Shown: positions 1 through 12,199 of the stretch, piece by piece
Layout: each line of letters opens with the position of its first letter
Numbering within the stretch: position 1 is the stretch's first letter
Assembly (NCBI GenBank): GCA_963779415.1
Contig: CAVZYA010000002.1
Coordinates: 128,001 to 192,000, forward strand
From: an uncultured Acidobacteriota bacterium
GTDB lineage: Bacteria > Acidobacteriota > Thermoanaerobaculia > UBA5066
Direction of reading: 5' to 3'
DNA: 64,000 bases
Made by a program: the position numbers and the translations under genes
The notes under the pieces: model-generated
Seen by the model: only the letters and a program-made list of their open reading frames with translations
The model's database searches: none
Told to the model about the DNA's origin: nothing

Positions 1-404
1 CCCATGATGGCGTCGGTGACATCCTTCACGGAGACCGTCACGAGGACCCGCGAGCCGGGCCCGTTCCAGAGCTCCTCCTCGCGCGTCTTCGCGAGGTAAC
101 CGTCGATCATCAGGTTCCGGTCCGGCTTCGAGTTGTACTGGAGCGCCCCCTGGACGCAGTGATTGTTCGTGACGATGAGCCCTTCGGGCGAGACGAACGA
201 GGCGCTGCAGCCGCCGAGCGAGACGATGGCTCCCATCGGGAAGCCGGTCAGGTCGGCGAAGCTCCTGGCGTCCCCGGTGAATCCCGCCGCCTTCAGCCGG
301 TCGGCGAGCGCGGGGATCTGCTGGGGCATCCACATCCCCTCGTCGGAAGCGGCCCGGAAAGCCGCAACAAAGGCGAGAACAGACATGAGCAAGAGACGTT
401 TCAT
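1..404 (-). CDS. S46 family dipeptidyl-peptidase, N-terminal part (runs off window)
   Basis: Not in ORF track; my translation from ATG at 404 gives MKRLLLMSVLAFVAAFRAASDEGMWMPQQ...GGCSASFVSPEGLIVTNNHC. This is a signal peptide plus the DEGMW and TNxHC motifs of S46. GGAGG RBS upstream. Confidence 0.9.
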   Translation of the reverse strand, partial: MKRLLLMSVLAFVAAFRAASDEGMWMPQQIPALADRLKAAGFTGDARSFADLTGFPMGAIVSLGGCSASFVSPEGLIVTNNHCVQGALQYNSKPDRNLMIDGYLAKTREEELWNGPGSRVLVTVSVKDVTDAIM

Positions 405-531
405 CGGTTCCTCCGCCCCGGACGAGGGGCCGAGAATTGTCGCGTCGCGCCCGACTCCTTCTCCATGATCAAAATGTATGGCTTCGCGTCGCCCTCCATC
501 CTCCTCGCCCGGGGCGCGGGGGGAGAGGGCC

Positions 532-537
532 TACAAT
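532..537 (+). promoter_or_regulatory. Putative -10 element (TACAAT) 7 nt before nadC GTG, leaderless-type
   Basis: TACAAT at 532-537, no SD before GTG 545. Confidence 0.5.
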
Positions 538-544
538 CGTCGCC

Positions 545-1462
545 GTGACGCCGCCCGCCCTCCCGCGCGACCTGCGCGAGGCGCTCGACGAACTCTTGAC
601 GCGGGCCTTCGCCGAGGACGGCGAGGATGTCACTTCCCTCGCGGTCTTCGGGCCCAAGTCCCGCGTTTCGGCGGCCATGGTCTGCCGCGAGCGGGCCGTC
701 GCCTGCGGGACGGCCTTCCTCCCCCGCCTCTTCGCCTTTCTCCACCCCCCCGCCACCGTCCATCTCCTCGTGGCCGACGGGACCCGTGTGGCGAAGGGAG
801 CCGTTCTCGCCCGGATCGAGGGGCCCGCCATCACCGTCCTCGCCGCCGAGCGGACGGCGCTCAATCTCGTGCAGCGCCTCTCGGGAATCGCGACGCTGAC
901 CCGCGATTACGTCGAGGCGCTCCGCGGGACGAAAACGGTCCTCCTCGACACGCGGAAGACGACGCCCGGCCTCCGCGTCCTCGAGCGGTATGCCGTCCGG
1001 TGCGGCGGCGGGACGAACCACCGCTTCGGCCTCGCGCACGGGTTCCTCGTGAAGGACAACCACGCCGACGGCGCCGGGAGCGTCTGGGAGGCGACGCGTC
1101 GCGTCGCCGACTTCCGCGCCCTGAACCCGCGCCTCAGGCACCACCTCCTCGAAGCCGAGGCCCGGACGCTCGACGAGGTGCACCAGGCGCTCGACGCGGG
1201 AGCCGGGCGGGTCCTTCTCGACAACATGACCGTTCCCGCGATGCGCCGCGCTGTCCGCGACGTCCGGCTCTTCTCGGAGGCGACGGGGCATTCCGTCTCC
1301 GTCGAGGCCTCGGGAGGCATGACCCCGGAGAAGGCGCGCGCCGCCGCGCGGGCGGGCGTCGACTTCGTCTCGGCGGGGGCGCTCACGCACTCCGCCAGGG
1401 GCCTGGACGTGGCGCTCGACGTCGTCCCGGCCGCGCCCTCCCGGAAGGCCCGCCGGTCGTGA
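545..1462 (+). CDS. nadC: Nicotinate-nucleotide pyrophosphorylase (carboxylating)
   Basis: Motifs DTRKTTPGLR, NHRFGL, KDNH, LLDNM, EASGG, GALTHS. Start taken as GTG 545 within ORF 437..1462. Confidence 0.93.
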   Translation: MTPPALPRDLREALDELLTRAFAEDGEDVTSLAVFGPKSRVSAAMVCRERAVACGTAFLPRLFAFLHPPATVHLLVADGTRVAKGAVLARIEGPAITVLAAERTALNLVQRLSGIATLTRDYVEALRGTKTVLLDTRKTTPGLRVLERYAVRCGGGTNHRFGLAHGFLVKDNHADGAGSVWEATRRVADFRALNPRLRHHLLEAEARTLDEVHQALDAGAGRVLLDNMTVPAMRRAVRDVRLFSEATGHSVSVEASGGMTPEKARAAARAGVDFVSAGALTHSARGLDVALDVVPAAPSRKARRS

Positions 1463-3063
1463 CGGTCCCGTCCTTCCCGGACCGTTTCCGCGTCCCGGTC
1501 CTCGTCCTCGGCTCCGGGATCGCCGGCCTCTCCGCGGCGTTCTCGCTGGCACGGCGGGGCGTGAAGGTCCTCGTCGTCACGAAGGCCGCGGACCCGGCCG
1601 AGTGCAACACGGCGTGGGCGCAGGGGGGGATCATCTATTTCGGGAAGAAGGACTCCCCCGCCTCCCTCGTCCGGGACATCCTCCAGGCCGGCGCCGGCCT
1701 CTGCAATCCGGACGCCGTGCGCCACCTCGCGACCGAGGGGCCGCGGATCGTCAAGAGCATCCTGATCGAGGAAGCGGGCGTCCCCTTCTCGCGGACGCGC
1801 GGCGGCGACCTCGACTTCACGCGCGAGGGAGCGCACTCCGTTCCGCGGATCGTCCACGCCGCGGACGCGACCGGCCTCGCCATCGAGACGGCCCTCCTCG
1901 CCCGCGTCCGGCGCGAAAAGAGGATCACGATCCTCTCCGGGGCGACGGCCATCGACCTGATCACGGCCCGCCACCATTCGACCGACGTCGCCCAGCGCTA
2001 CGCCCTCCAGGACCCCTGTCTCGGGGCGTACGTCCTCGACGCGAAGGGGAAGGTCCACACGATCCTCTCGGACTTCACGGTCCTCGCGACCGGGGGCGTC
2101 GGGCGGCTCTTCGTCCACACGACGAACACGACGCACGCCATCGGGGACGGCCTCTCCATGGCCGACCGCGCCGGTGCGGCGACGCTGAACCTCGAGTACG
2201 TCCAGTTCCACCCGACGACTCTTTACCACCCCGACGCCGAGCGCTTTCTCATCTCCGAATCGCTCCGCGGCGAGGGAGCCGTTCTCGTCAACCGGGCGGG
2301 TGAGGCGTTCATGAGCCGGTACGACCGGCGGGGCGGCCTCGCGCCGCGCGACGTCGTGACCCGGGCCATCGTCGAGGAGATGACGAGCCGGAGCGAGCCC
2401 TGCGTCTACCTCGACCTCGCCCACCACTACCTCGGCAAGGGGCGGCTCTCGATCCCCGAGCGCTTTCCGACGATCGCGGCCACCTGCGCCACGTTCGGGA
2501 TCGACATCGCGAAGGAGCCGATTCCGGTCGTCCCCGCGGCGCACTATTTCTGCGGCGGAGTCCTCGCGGACCTCGAGGGGCGAACGACGATCCGCCACCT
2601 CTACGCCGTCGGCGAGACGAGCTGCACGGGGCTCCACGGCGCGAACCGCCTCGCCTCGACCTCGCTCCTCGAGGGGCTCGTCTGGGGGACCCACGCCGGG
2701 ACGTCGATCGCGGCGCGCCTCGCCCGAAGCGAGGCGCATTCCCGCGCGCTCTTCGACGCGATCCCGGACTGGAAGTCCCCCGGCGACGCGCAGAACGAGG
2801 ACCCGGCGCTCCTCCAGCAGGACTGGGCGACGATCCGGTCGACGATGTGGAACTACGTCGGCATCGTCCGGACAAAGGCACGCCTCGCGCGCGCCGTGGC
2901 GGACCTGCGCGACCTCGAGAAGCGGATCCTCCGCTTCTACCAGGTGACCAAGGTGTCGAAGGCCATCGTCGACCTCTTCCACGGCGTCCGCGCCGCGAGC
3001 CTCATCGCCCAGTCCGCCTTCAAGAACCCGGTCTCCCGCGGCTGCCACTACCGGAAGAGCTGA
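1459..3063 (+). CDS. nadB: L-aspartate oxidase
   Basis: GSGIAG FAD motif, AQGGI, EGAHS, QFHPT, LISESLRGEG, LAPRDVV, HYFCGG, GLHGANRLASTSLLEG, SRGCHY. GTG start overlaps nadC stop (GTGA). Confidence 0.95.
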   Translation: MTVPSFPDRFRVPVLVLGSGIAGLSAAFSLARRGVKVLVVTKAADPAECNTAWAQGGIIYFGKKDSPASLVRDILQAGAGLCNPDAVRHLATEGPRIVKSILIEEAGVPFSRTRGGDLDFTREGAHSVPRIVHAADATGLAIETALLARVRREKRITILSGATAIDLITARHHSTDVAQRYALQDPCLGAYVLDAKGKVHTILSDFTVLATGGVGRLFVHTTNTTHAIGDGLSMADRAGAATLNLEYVQFHPTTLYHPDAERFLISESLRGEGAVLVNRAGEAFMSRYDRRGGLAPRDVVTRAIVEEMTSRSEPCVYLDLAHHYLGKGRLSIPERFPTIAATCATFGIDIAKEPIPVVPAAHYFCGGVLADLEGRTTIRHLYAVGETSCTGLHGANRLASTSLLEGLVWGTHAGTSIAARLARSEAHSRALFDAIPDWKSPGDAQNEDPALLQQDWATIRSTMWNYVGIVRTKARLARAVADLRDLEKRILRFYQVTKVSKAIVDLFHGVRAASLIAQSAFKNPVSRGCHYRKS

Positions 3064-3186
3064 AGGAACCCGGGGTAACATCTTCTCCACCGAAAGAGTT
3101 CGATATCGATTCATCCACGCGCCGCCTCCCGGATACGCTGCACTCGCTGCAGCCCAAGCACTTTCTCCGGGTGGGGCCGAATACTT

Positions 3187-3748
3187 GTTAGGGCGCTTAT
3201 GCGACTCCGCGCACTGGGACTCTTATGCGGTCTGATCGCCTCGCTACCGCTGCAAGCCGATTTTGAAAAGCTCGCCATTCCCGGCGACGAGGGGATGTGC
3301 CTCTACTGGTGGCCGAAACTTCCATCCGTCAAAGGCTGGCATCACGATCGAGAGCACAGCGTTCACTACAGCATGAATGCTCTCGCTCCAGACGGAGCCA
3401 CGTTTGCTACGGCCGAGGCCGTCATCTACGCCCAGGCGATCTACAAGCCGCGTGAGCCCGAAACGAAGTCGGTTCAGATGCTGATCGACAGGGACAAGAA
3501 GGATTTCCTCGCGCAGACCCCAGACTTGGCGATCTCCGAGGTCGATCCGCTAGTCGACGGCGATGGAAGAGCGCTCCGGTCCGTAACGCGCTTTCCTCAG
3601 ACCGCCGGAAGTTGGGAATTCGTGAGCTACGGAGAGGAAGGGGACTTCTACCTTATTTTCTGCGTCAGTTCGCGGTCCAAGACCGGCTATGATGCCGCGC
3701 TTCCGGCCTACAGGGACCTGATTCGGCGTTACAAGAAAGCGCCCTAAC
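3187..3748 (+). mobile_element. Solo integron gene cassette (core site GTTAGGG ... inverse core CCCTAAC)
   Basis: GTTAGGGCGC at 3187-3196 lies 2 nt before ATG. Its exact reverse complement GCGCCCTAAC at 3739-3748 contains the TAA stop. Confidence 0.65.
3199..3747 (+). CDS. Secreted hypothetical protein carried on an integron-type gene cassette
   Basis: Signal peptide MRLRALGLLCGLIASLPLQA. Codon usage visibly less GC-biased than neighbours. Bounded by GTTAGGGCGC / GCGCCCTAAC. Confidence 0.75.
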   Translation: MRLRALGLLCGLIASLPLQADFEKLAIPGDEGMCLYWWPKLPSVKGWHHDREHSVHYSMNALAPDGATFATAEAVIYAQAIYKPREPETKSVQMLIDRDKKDFLAQTPDLAISEVDPLVDGDGRALRSVTRFPQTAGSWEFVSYGEEGDFYLIFCVSSRSKTGYDAALPAYRDLIRRYKKAP

Positions 3749-4086
3749 CCCGTATCTGGACTCCTCATGTTGGTCAAGCGAGGGTGGTGTCTGATCTTCT
3801 CCTTCTAAGCAGAGCGACGTTTGGACAGTCGAAGGTCTTGCCGCGTTCGATCGAGCGAAGCGGGAGAAGCGTGGGGTCTCAACGGCACAAGGGGTTCTAG
3901 GGTCAGGTCTTGCACCTCTATTCTGCATCCCTCTTGACCTCTGCCCTGGAGTTCTATCGAGAGCGCCTACGAACCGCGGCGACCTTCTTCGGCAAGATGT
4001 CCGCCTCGGAGGGGATCACGGTCGCGACACACCATCGCCGGCACCGCCGCCGCCAGATCCTCGGCGCGTAGATCGCCCGCCGGCGG

Positions 4087-4986
4087 TCACTCCGGCACGA
4101 CGACGTTCACCCGCCCGAGCGCGGGGCCGACCGCGAGCGGGGTCGTGCCGCACCCCTCGCCGTCCACCTGCACCTCCACCTCGTAGCCGGCGAGGGACCG
4201 GACGCGGAACTCGCGGGCCGGGAAGCGGACGACGCCGGGGAGCGAGAGCTGGCCGGCCCTCTTCTGCGAAAGGAGCTGGTAGAAGCGGAAGAGGGTGACG
4301 CGCGAAGCGCTCGTGAAGAGGACGACGTCGAGAAGGTCGTCCCCGGGGTCGGCGTACGGAGAAAGGATGGGGTTTCCGGCGTAGCGCTTCGTGTTGGCCG
4401 CCACGAGGAACGTCGCCTCGCGCCGGAACGTCCTTCCCTCCGCGTCGATCCCTTCGATCTCGAGGCGCGGGAACTCGTACGTCAGCCACTCCTTCGTCGA
4501 GGTCCACGCGTAGCCGATTCGCCCGAGGAGCTTCTTCAGAAGAGGCGGGAAGTGCGTCATCACGCGCGCGTCGAAGCCGGCCCCGACGCAGAGGACGGAG
4601 GGCCGCCCTGCGGCGGGAAAGACGGCGAGCGGCCGCCGGGCCGTCGAAAGGAGATGCCGCTCGGCGACGTCGAGTCCGGGGCCGACGCCGTACTCGCGCG
4701 AGACGACGCTCGTCGTCCCGGTCGGAAGGAGGGCCAGCGGGACTTCCGTCCCGACGAGGGCGGCCGCGACCTCCGCCATGGTCGTGTCGCCTCCGGCGAC
4801 GACGATGACGTCGGGCCTCTCGGCGAGCATCCGCCGGGCGATCTCCGTCGCGCTCCCCGGCCCCGTCGTCGGCGCCTCACGGAGGAGAAGGCCGCGCCCC
4901 CTGGCCCTCTCGGCGATCGCACGAAGCTCCGGCACCCGCTTCCCGCCTCCGGCAACGGGATTGAAGATGAGCACTCCTTGCCGCAC
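4087..4986 (-). CDS. Diacylglycerol/lipid kinase family protein (YegS/DagK-like)
   Basis: IFNPVAGGG, AGGDTT (variant of GGDGT), LPTGT, GAGFDA, VQVDGE. Confidence 0.85.
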   Translation of the reverse strand: MRQGVLIFNPVAGGGKRVPELRAIAERARGRGLLLREAPTTGPGSATEIARRMLAERPDVIVVAGGDTTMAEVAAALVGTEVPLALLPTGTTSVVSREYGVGPGLDVAERHLLSTARRPLAVFPAAGRPSVLCVGAGFDARVMTHFPPLLKKLLGRIGYAWTSTKEWLTYEFPRLEIEGIDAEGRTFRREATFLVAANTKRYAGNPILSPYADPGDDLLDVVLFTSASRVTLFRFYQLLSQKRAGQLSLPGVVRFPAREFRVRSLAGYEVEVQVDGEGCGTTPLAVGPALGRVNVVVPE

Positions 4987-4988
4987 GG

Positions 4989-6002
4989 CTATCCGAAGAG
5001 CGAGCCGCCCGCCGGAGAGAGGCCGAGATGCCGGTAGGCGAGGGCCGACGCGACGCGTCCCTTCGGCGTTCGCTGGATGAAGCCCGACTGGAGGAGAAAC
5101 GGCTCGTAGAGGTCTTCGAGCGTCCCTTTGTCCTCGCCGAGGGAGTGCGCGAGGGCCGAGAGGCCGACCGGCCCCCCGCCGAACCGCTCGATCATCGTCG
5201 TCAGGATCTTCCGGTCGATCTCGTCGAGCCCATGGTGGTCCACCTCGAGCTTGTCGAGCGCCGTCTGCGCCCCCGCGAGCGTGATGGACGATTCGCCCCC
5301 GACCTCCGCATAGTCGCGGACGCGCCGAAGGAGGCGGTTCGCGATGCGCGGCGTCCCCCGGCTCCGGCGCGCGATCTCCCCGGCCGCCCCCTCCTCGACC
5401 GGGCAGCCGAGGATCGACGCCGAGCGGACGACGATCGTCGCGAGCGCGGCCCCGTCGTAGTAATCGAGCCGGTGGGTGATCCCGAACCGCCCGGTGAGGG
5501 GCTGCGAGAGGAGCCCGGCGCGCGTCGTGGCGCCGACGAGGGTGAACGGGGGGAGCCTCAGCTCCACCGTCCGGGCCCCCGGGCCCGAGCCAATGATGAG
5601 GTCGAGCTTTCCGTCCTCCATCGCGGGGTAGAGGATCTCCTCCACGGCGGGGGGGAGCCGGTGGATCTCGTCGATGAAGAGGACGTCCCCGGGCGCGAGG
5701 TTCGTCAGGAGCGCGGCGACGTCTCCCGCCTTCTCGAGGACGGGGCCCGACGTGACGCGCAGCTGGGCCCCCATCTCGCGCGCGACGATGTGGGCGAGCG
5801 TCGTCTTGCCGAGACCGGGCGGCCCCGAGAGGAGGACGTGATCGAGCGGCTCGCGCCGCCGGAGCGCCGCCTGGATGAAGACGCCGAGCGTCTCCTTCAG
5901 TTTCGCCTGGCCGATGAAATCGGTGAGGGCACGCGGCCGGAGCGTGACGTCCGCGTCCCGCTCCTCGGCCTGGAGCACTCCCGACAGAATCCTCTCATCC
6001 AT
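4989..6002 (-). CDS. ruvB: Holliday junction branch migration helicase RuvB
   Basis: [56 protein letters not shown]. Confidence 0.97.
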   Translation of the reverse strand: MDERILSGVLQAEERDADVTLRPRALTDFIGQAKLKETLGVFIQAALRRREPLDHVLLSGPPGLGKTTLAHIVAREMGAQLRVTSGPVLEKAGDVAALLTNLAPGDVLFIDEIHRLPPAVEEILYPAMEDGKLDLIIGSGPGARTVELRLPPFTLVGATTRAGLLSQPLTGRFGITHRLDYYDGAALATIVVRSASILGCPVEEGAAGEIARRSRGTPRIANRLLRRVRDYAEVGGESSITLAGAQTALDKLEVDHHGLDEIDRKILTTMIERFGGGPVGLSALAHSLGEDKGTLEDLYEPFLLQSGFIQRTPKGRVASALAYRHLGLSPAGGSLFG

Positions 6003-6030
6003 GAGATGCCGCTACCTCTGCTCCGTCATT

Positions 6031-6069
6031 GGGGGTCCGGGGGCGCCCGGAGGTAAGCCCCCGGCGAGC
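6031..6069. repeat. REP-like intergenic repeat, copy 1
   Basis: GGGGGTCCGGGGG...CCCCCGGCGAGC; the CCGGGGG/CCCCCGG arms can pair. Same ends recur at 6714-6775. Confidence 0.5.
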
Positions 6070-6092
6070 ATGCGTTCGTCCATCGGCTGGGA

Positions 6093-6683
6093 TTATCGAG
6101 CCAGCGACTTCAGCGCGGCCTCGAGAATCGCGTTCAGATCGTCGACGGCCACCTTCCGGGCCGCGGACGTGACGGCGGCTTCGGCCTGCGCCGCCTTGTA
6201 GCCGAGATTCTTCAGCGCGGCGATCGCGTCGTCCACCACGGAGCTCTTCCCCCCCTTCGCGGGCGCTTCGCCGAAGCCGAGAGCCGCCATCTTCTCCTTC
6301 AGCTCCACCCCGAGACGCTCGGCCAGCTTCCTGCCGACACCGGGAATGGAGGTGAGGAGGCGCGCGTTCTGCGCGGCGATGGCTCCGACGAGCTCGGGCA
6401 GCGGAAGGCCGGAAAGGATCGAGAGGGCGACGCGGGGACCGATCCCGGAGACGGTCAGGAGCGTTTCGAAGACGAGCTTCTCCTGTTTCGAGATGAAGCC
6501 GAAGAGCTGGATCGCGTCTTCGCGAACGTGCGTGTGGACGAAGAGCGTCGCCCTGTGGCCGGCGGACGGGAGCGCCGTGAACGTCCCGAGCGGGATCGCG
6601 ACGTCGTACCCGACTCCTCCGACGTCGAGGAGGACCCGGTCCGGCTGGACCTCGACGAGCGTGCCGACAAGTCTCGCAATCAT
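6093..6683 (-). CDS. ruvA: Holliday junction DNA-binding protein RuvA
   Basis: MIARLVG, GGVGY, HTHVRED...LFGF, VSGIGPR, IPGVGRKLAERL, AL..LGY. Confidence 0.97.
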   Translation of the reverse strand: MIARLVGTLVEVQPDRVLLDVGGVGYDVAIPLGTFTALPSAGHRATLFVHTHVREDAIQLFGFISKQEKLVFETLLTVSGIGPRVALSILSGLPLPELVGAIAAQNARLLTSIPGVGRKLAERLGVELKEKMAALGFGEAPAKGGKSSVVDDAIAALKNLGYKAAQAEAAVTSAARKVAVDDLNAILEAALKSLAR

Positions 6684-6713
6684 GTCGCCGCCGGAGAGTG
6701 TAGCGAGAAGCCG

Positions 6714-6775
6714 GGGGGTCCGGGGGGGACGACGGGGGTGGGGCCCCGTCGTCGGAAACGCGCCCCCCGGCGAGC
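6714..6775. repeat. REP-like intergenic repeat, copy 2 (with inner GACGACGGGG/CCCCGTCGTC hairpin)
   Basis: Same GGGGGTCCGGGGG and CCCCCGGCGAGC termini as 6031-6069. Confidence 0.5.
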
Positions 6776-6783
6776 CCTCGCGA

Positions 6784-8718
6784 TCACGTCGGAACGTCGA
6801 ACCGGCGGAGCACCTCGCGATTGACCTCGATCTTCCGCTCGGCGCGCTGCCGCTGGAGGAGCGCCTGGATGAGACGCGAGGCCTTCTGCGCCCGGAGCGA
6901 GTCGCGGAGCTTCTCCTTCTGCGCCTCGAAGGCGGCCTTGTCGAACGCCGTCTTCTCCACGATCCGGATCAGGACCGCTCCCTTCTCGCCGAGGCCCACG
7001 GGCCCCTTCACCTCACCCGGATTCCCCTCGAACGCGGCGTCGAGGAGGGCCTTCTGCGCCCCGAGGCCCGGGATCGGCCCGGCCTTGCCGAAACTCTCCG
7101 GCTTCTCGACGGTCAGCTTCAAGTCCTTCGCGACACTCTCGAGAGTGCCGTCCTTCTCGAGCGCCTTCTTGAGCGTCAGGACCGCCGTCTCCTCCTGCTT
7201 CTTGCGCGTCAGGTCGGCCACGACCCGCGCCTTCACCTCGGCGAAGGGAGGAACCCCCGACGGCCGCGTCTCGGCGAGCTTCACGAGCGCCTCGCCCCGC
7301 GCCGTCGCAACCGGCGGCGAGACCTCGCCCGGCTTGAGCGCGAAGAGGACGGACGAGAATTCCGGGTTCGGGCCGAGGCCCGCCGCGGCGTCGGTCCGCG
7401 AGAGGAACTCCGTCTCGTTGAACGTCACGGGCCCCGTCGCGAGCTTCCGGAGTTCGTCGTCGGACGGCTTCGACATCCTGGCGATCTTCTCGGAGAGATC
7501 CTTCGCGAGGCGGCGCGCCTCGTCCGCCGCGCGCTTCTCCGTGAGGCGCGCGCGAATGGCCGCCGACACCTCGAAGAGGGGCTGGACGCGCGGGGGAATC
7601 TTTTCCTCGACCTGGATGACGTGGTAGCCGAACGCCGTCTTCACGGGCCCGACGATCTGCTTCGGCTCCGCGGCGAACGCGGCGTCCTCGAACTCCTTCA
7701 CCATCTGCCCGCGGCCGAAGACGCCGAGCTCGCCGCCCGATGCTTTCGATCCCGGGTCGTCCGACTCGGCCCGCGCGAGAGCGGCGAAGTCGGCGCCGGC
7801 CTTGAGCTTCCGGACGGCCGCCTCGGCCTTCGCGCGCGCCGCCGCGTCCGTGGAGGCGTCGGCCTTGTAGAGGATGTGGCGGGCGCGGATCTCCTCGCCC
7901 CGGCGATAGGTGTCGGCGTTCGCGTTGTAGTCCTTCTGGACGTCGGCGTCGGAGACCTGGATCCCCGCGCGGATCTTCGCCGTCTCGACGAGAAGGTACT
8001 TCGCCTTCCGCTTCTCCCCCTGCAGGTAGTTCGCGGAGTTCGCCTTGAAGTACGCCTCGGCCTCGGCGTCGGTGACGCTCCCCGGCAGCTCCTTGGGGGG
8101 CGGCAGAAGGACGTACTCCACCCGGGCCTTCACGCTGCGCGACGCGAAGTCCTCCTCCACCTCGCCGTCCCCGACGAAGACGGAGTCGGAAAGGAAACGG
8201 TTCAGCTTCTCGAGGAGGATCTGCTCGCGCGTCTCGGCCTCGAACGCTTCGGGCGTCCGGCCGACCGAGGCGAGCATCCTCTTGTAGGCACCCTCGCCGA
8301 CGAAGACCCCGTCCCGGAGGAAGATCGCCCGTCCCTGCGCGTCCTTGTAGCCGAGGATCTTCGACGTCAGCTCGGCGTCCGTCACCCGGAGCTTCAGCCG
8401 GTTGGCCTCCTCACGGAGAAGCCGCCGGTCGATGAGCCCGTTCAGGACCTGGTCCGGAAGGTTCATCATCTTCAGCAGCTCCGGCGTGAAGTTCTTCCCG
8501 TAGAGCTGCCGGTAGCGGTCCTCGGCGTCGCGGTACTCGCGCTGGAACTCCGCGACGGGGATCGTGGTCCCTCCGATGCGCGCGACCCACGTCGGATCGC
8601 CGCCGCGCCCCGCCGACCCCATACCCCAGTCGACAAAGACGAAGAGGACGAAGACGGCGATGACCGCCCAGAGGATCCATTTGAGGTTGTGGAAGTTCCG
8701 GCGAAGAGTGGTGAGCAT
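6784..8718 (-). CDS. ppiD: PpiD-like membrane-anchored parvulin PPIase/chaperone (SurA N-terminal domain)
   Basis: N-terminal TM (WILWAVIAVFVLFVFVDWG), SurA_N-like helical region, rotamase motifs ARHIL, FAALARAESDD, GGELG, FEDAAF, FGYHVI. Confidence 0.88.
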   Translation of the reverse strand: MLTTLRRNFHNLKWILWAVIAVFVLFVFVDWGMGSAGRGGDPTWVARIGGTTIPVAEFQREYRDAEDRYRQLYGKNFTPELLKMMNLPDQVLNGLIDRRLLREEANRLKLRVTDAELTSKILGYKDAQGRAIFLRDGVFVGEGAYKRMLASVGRTPEAFEAETREQILLEKLNRFLSDSVFVGDGEVEEDFASRSVKARVEYVLLPPPKELPGSVTDAEAEAYFKANSANYLQGEKRKAKYLLVETAKIRAGIQVSDADVQKDYNANADTYRRGEEIRARHILYKADASTDAAARAKAEAAVRKLKAGADFAALARAESDDPGSKASGGELGVFGRGQMVKEFEDAAFAAEPKQIVGPVKTAFGYHVIQVEEKIPPRVQPLFEVSAAIRARLTEKRAADEARRLAKDLSEKIARMSKPSDDELRKLATGPVTFNETEFLSRTDAAAGLGPNPEFSSVLFALKPGEVSPPVATARGEALVKLAETRPSGVPPFAEVKARVVADLTRKKQEETAVLTLKKALEKDGTLESVAKDLKLTVEKPESFGKAGPIPGLGAQKALLDAAFEGNPGEVKGPVGLGEKGAVLIRIVEKTAFDKAAFEAQKEKLRDSLRAQKASRLIQALLQRQRAERKIEVNREVLRRFDVPT

Positions 8719-8831
8719 CGTGTCTCCGGGGTCGGGGCGTCGCCTTGGGGAGGCGGCCCCTCGAGTCGGGCGAAGTGCGGACGATACGCTAGAATGACTT
8801 TTCCGCGCAAGCCTTTCTCGGCGCGGGTGTT

Positions 8832-11325
<2,494 letters not shown>

Positions 11326-11336
11326 AGCGGCGCGCG

Positions 11337-12191
11337 ATGGCAACCGCTCCTCTCACGACACGCCGGCCGGAAATCCTCCTGGGGATCCTCCTCGCGGGCT
11401 GTCTCGTGGCGCTCTCGCTCCAGGTGCGGCGCCCGTCCGGCGAGACCACGGGCGAGCGGTGGCTCCAGTCGGTCATCTCGCCCTTCGCGGATGCCGTGGC
11501 CGGCGTCCGCGCGGGCGCGGGGGACCTCGCCGAGTGGTCCTCCTCCCGGCGCTCGCTCCTTTCGGAGAACACCCGGCTCCGGGAGGAGGTGGAAGGGCTC
11601 GAGGCGGAGCTCTTGCGCCTTCGCAGCGTGGAGCGCGATCGTGACCGGCTCCTCGCCCTCTTCGGCGCGCACAAGACACCCCCCGCGGGGACGCTCCCCG
11701 CGAGGCTCGTCGCCGTGGAGTCCGCGGGTTTCTTCCGCTCCGCTCTCCTCGACCGGGGCGAAGCGGACGGAGTCGTACCGGGAGCCGTCGTCGTCGCCGC
11801 CGAAGGGCTTCTCGGGCGCGTCGTCGCCGTCGGCTCGGGGAGCGCCCGCGTCCAGCTCCTCTCCGACCGGGTGGCCGCCGCCGGCGTCCTTCTCGTGAAG
11901 CAGGGGCGCGCCGCCGTGGCCCGCGGCGACGGCAAGGGGGGCGCGACCGTCCTCTACGTCCCGATGATCGAGCCGGTCGAGCCGGGAGACCTCGTCGTCA
12001 CGACCGGAACCGACGGCCTCTATCCGAGCGACCTCCTCGTCGGCCGGATCTCCTCCGTGAGCCGCTCGGGCTCGCTCTTCTGGGAGATCCAGGTGGCGAT
12101 GGCCGCCGACCCGGCGAAGACGGCACGCGTCTTCGTCTTCCCCCCGGTCCGGCCCGCGGAGATTCCCCCCGGCTCTCCGGCGAGGCGATAG
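11337..12191 (+). CDS. mreC: Rod shape-determining protein MreC
   Basis: TM + coiled coil (ENTRLREE), LDRGEADGV, GLLGRV, GDLVVTTG.DGLYP; follows mreB. Confidence 0.92.
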   Translation: MATAPLTTRRPEILLGILLAGCLVALSLQVRRPSGETTGERWLQSVISPFADAVAGVRAGAGDLAEWSSSRRSLLSENTRLREEVEGLEAELLRLRSVERDRDRLLALFGAHKTPPAGTLPARLVAVESAGFFRSALLDRGEADGVVPGAVVVAAEGLLGRVVAVGSGSARVQLLSDRVAAAGVLLVKQGRAAVARGDGKGGATVLYVPMIEPVEPGDLVVTTGTDGLYPSDLLVGRISSVSRSGSLFWEIQVAMAADPAKTARVFVFPPVRPAEIPPGSPARR

Positions 12192-12199
12192 GGAACGCC

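Noticed and set aside
478-1458. Apparent 861-aa NadB with long N-terminal extension
   Set aside because: The extension is an Arg/Pro-rich off-frame reading of nadC; real NadB begins at GTG 1459.
3810-4086. Lower-GC stretch after the solo cassette as a further gene
   Set aside because: Only short motif-less ORFs; possibly a cassette remnant but not supportable.
545-6683. Absence of nadA and ruvC beside nadCB and ruvAB
   Set aside because: Split operons are common; cannot be judged from one window.
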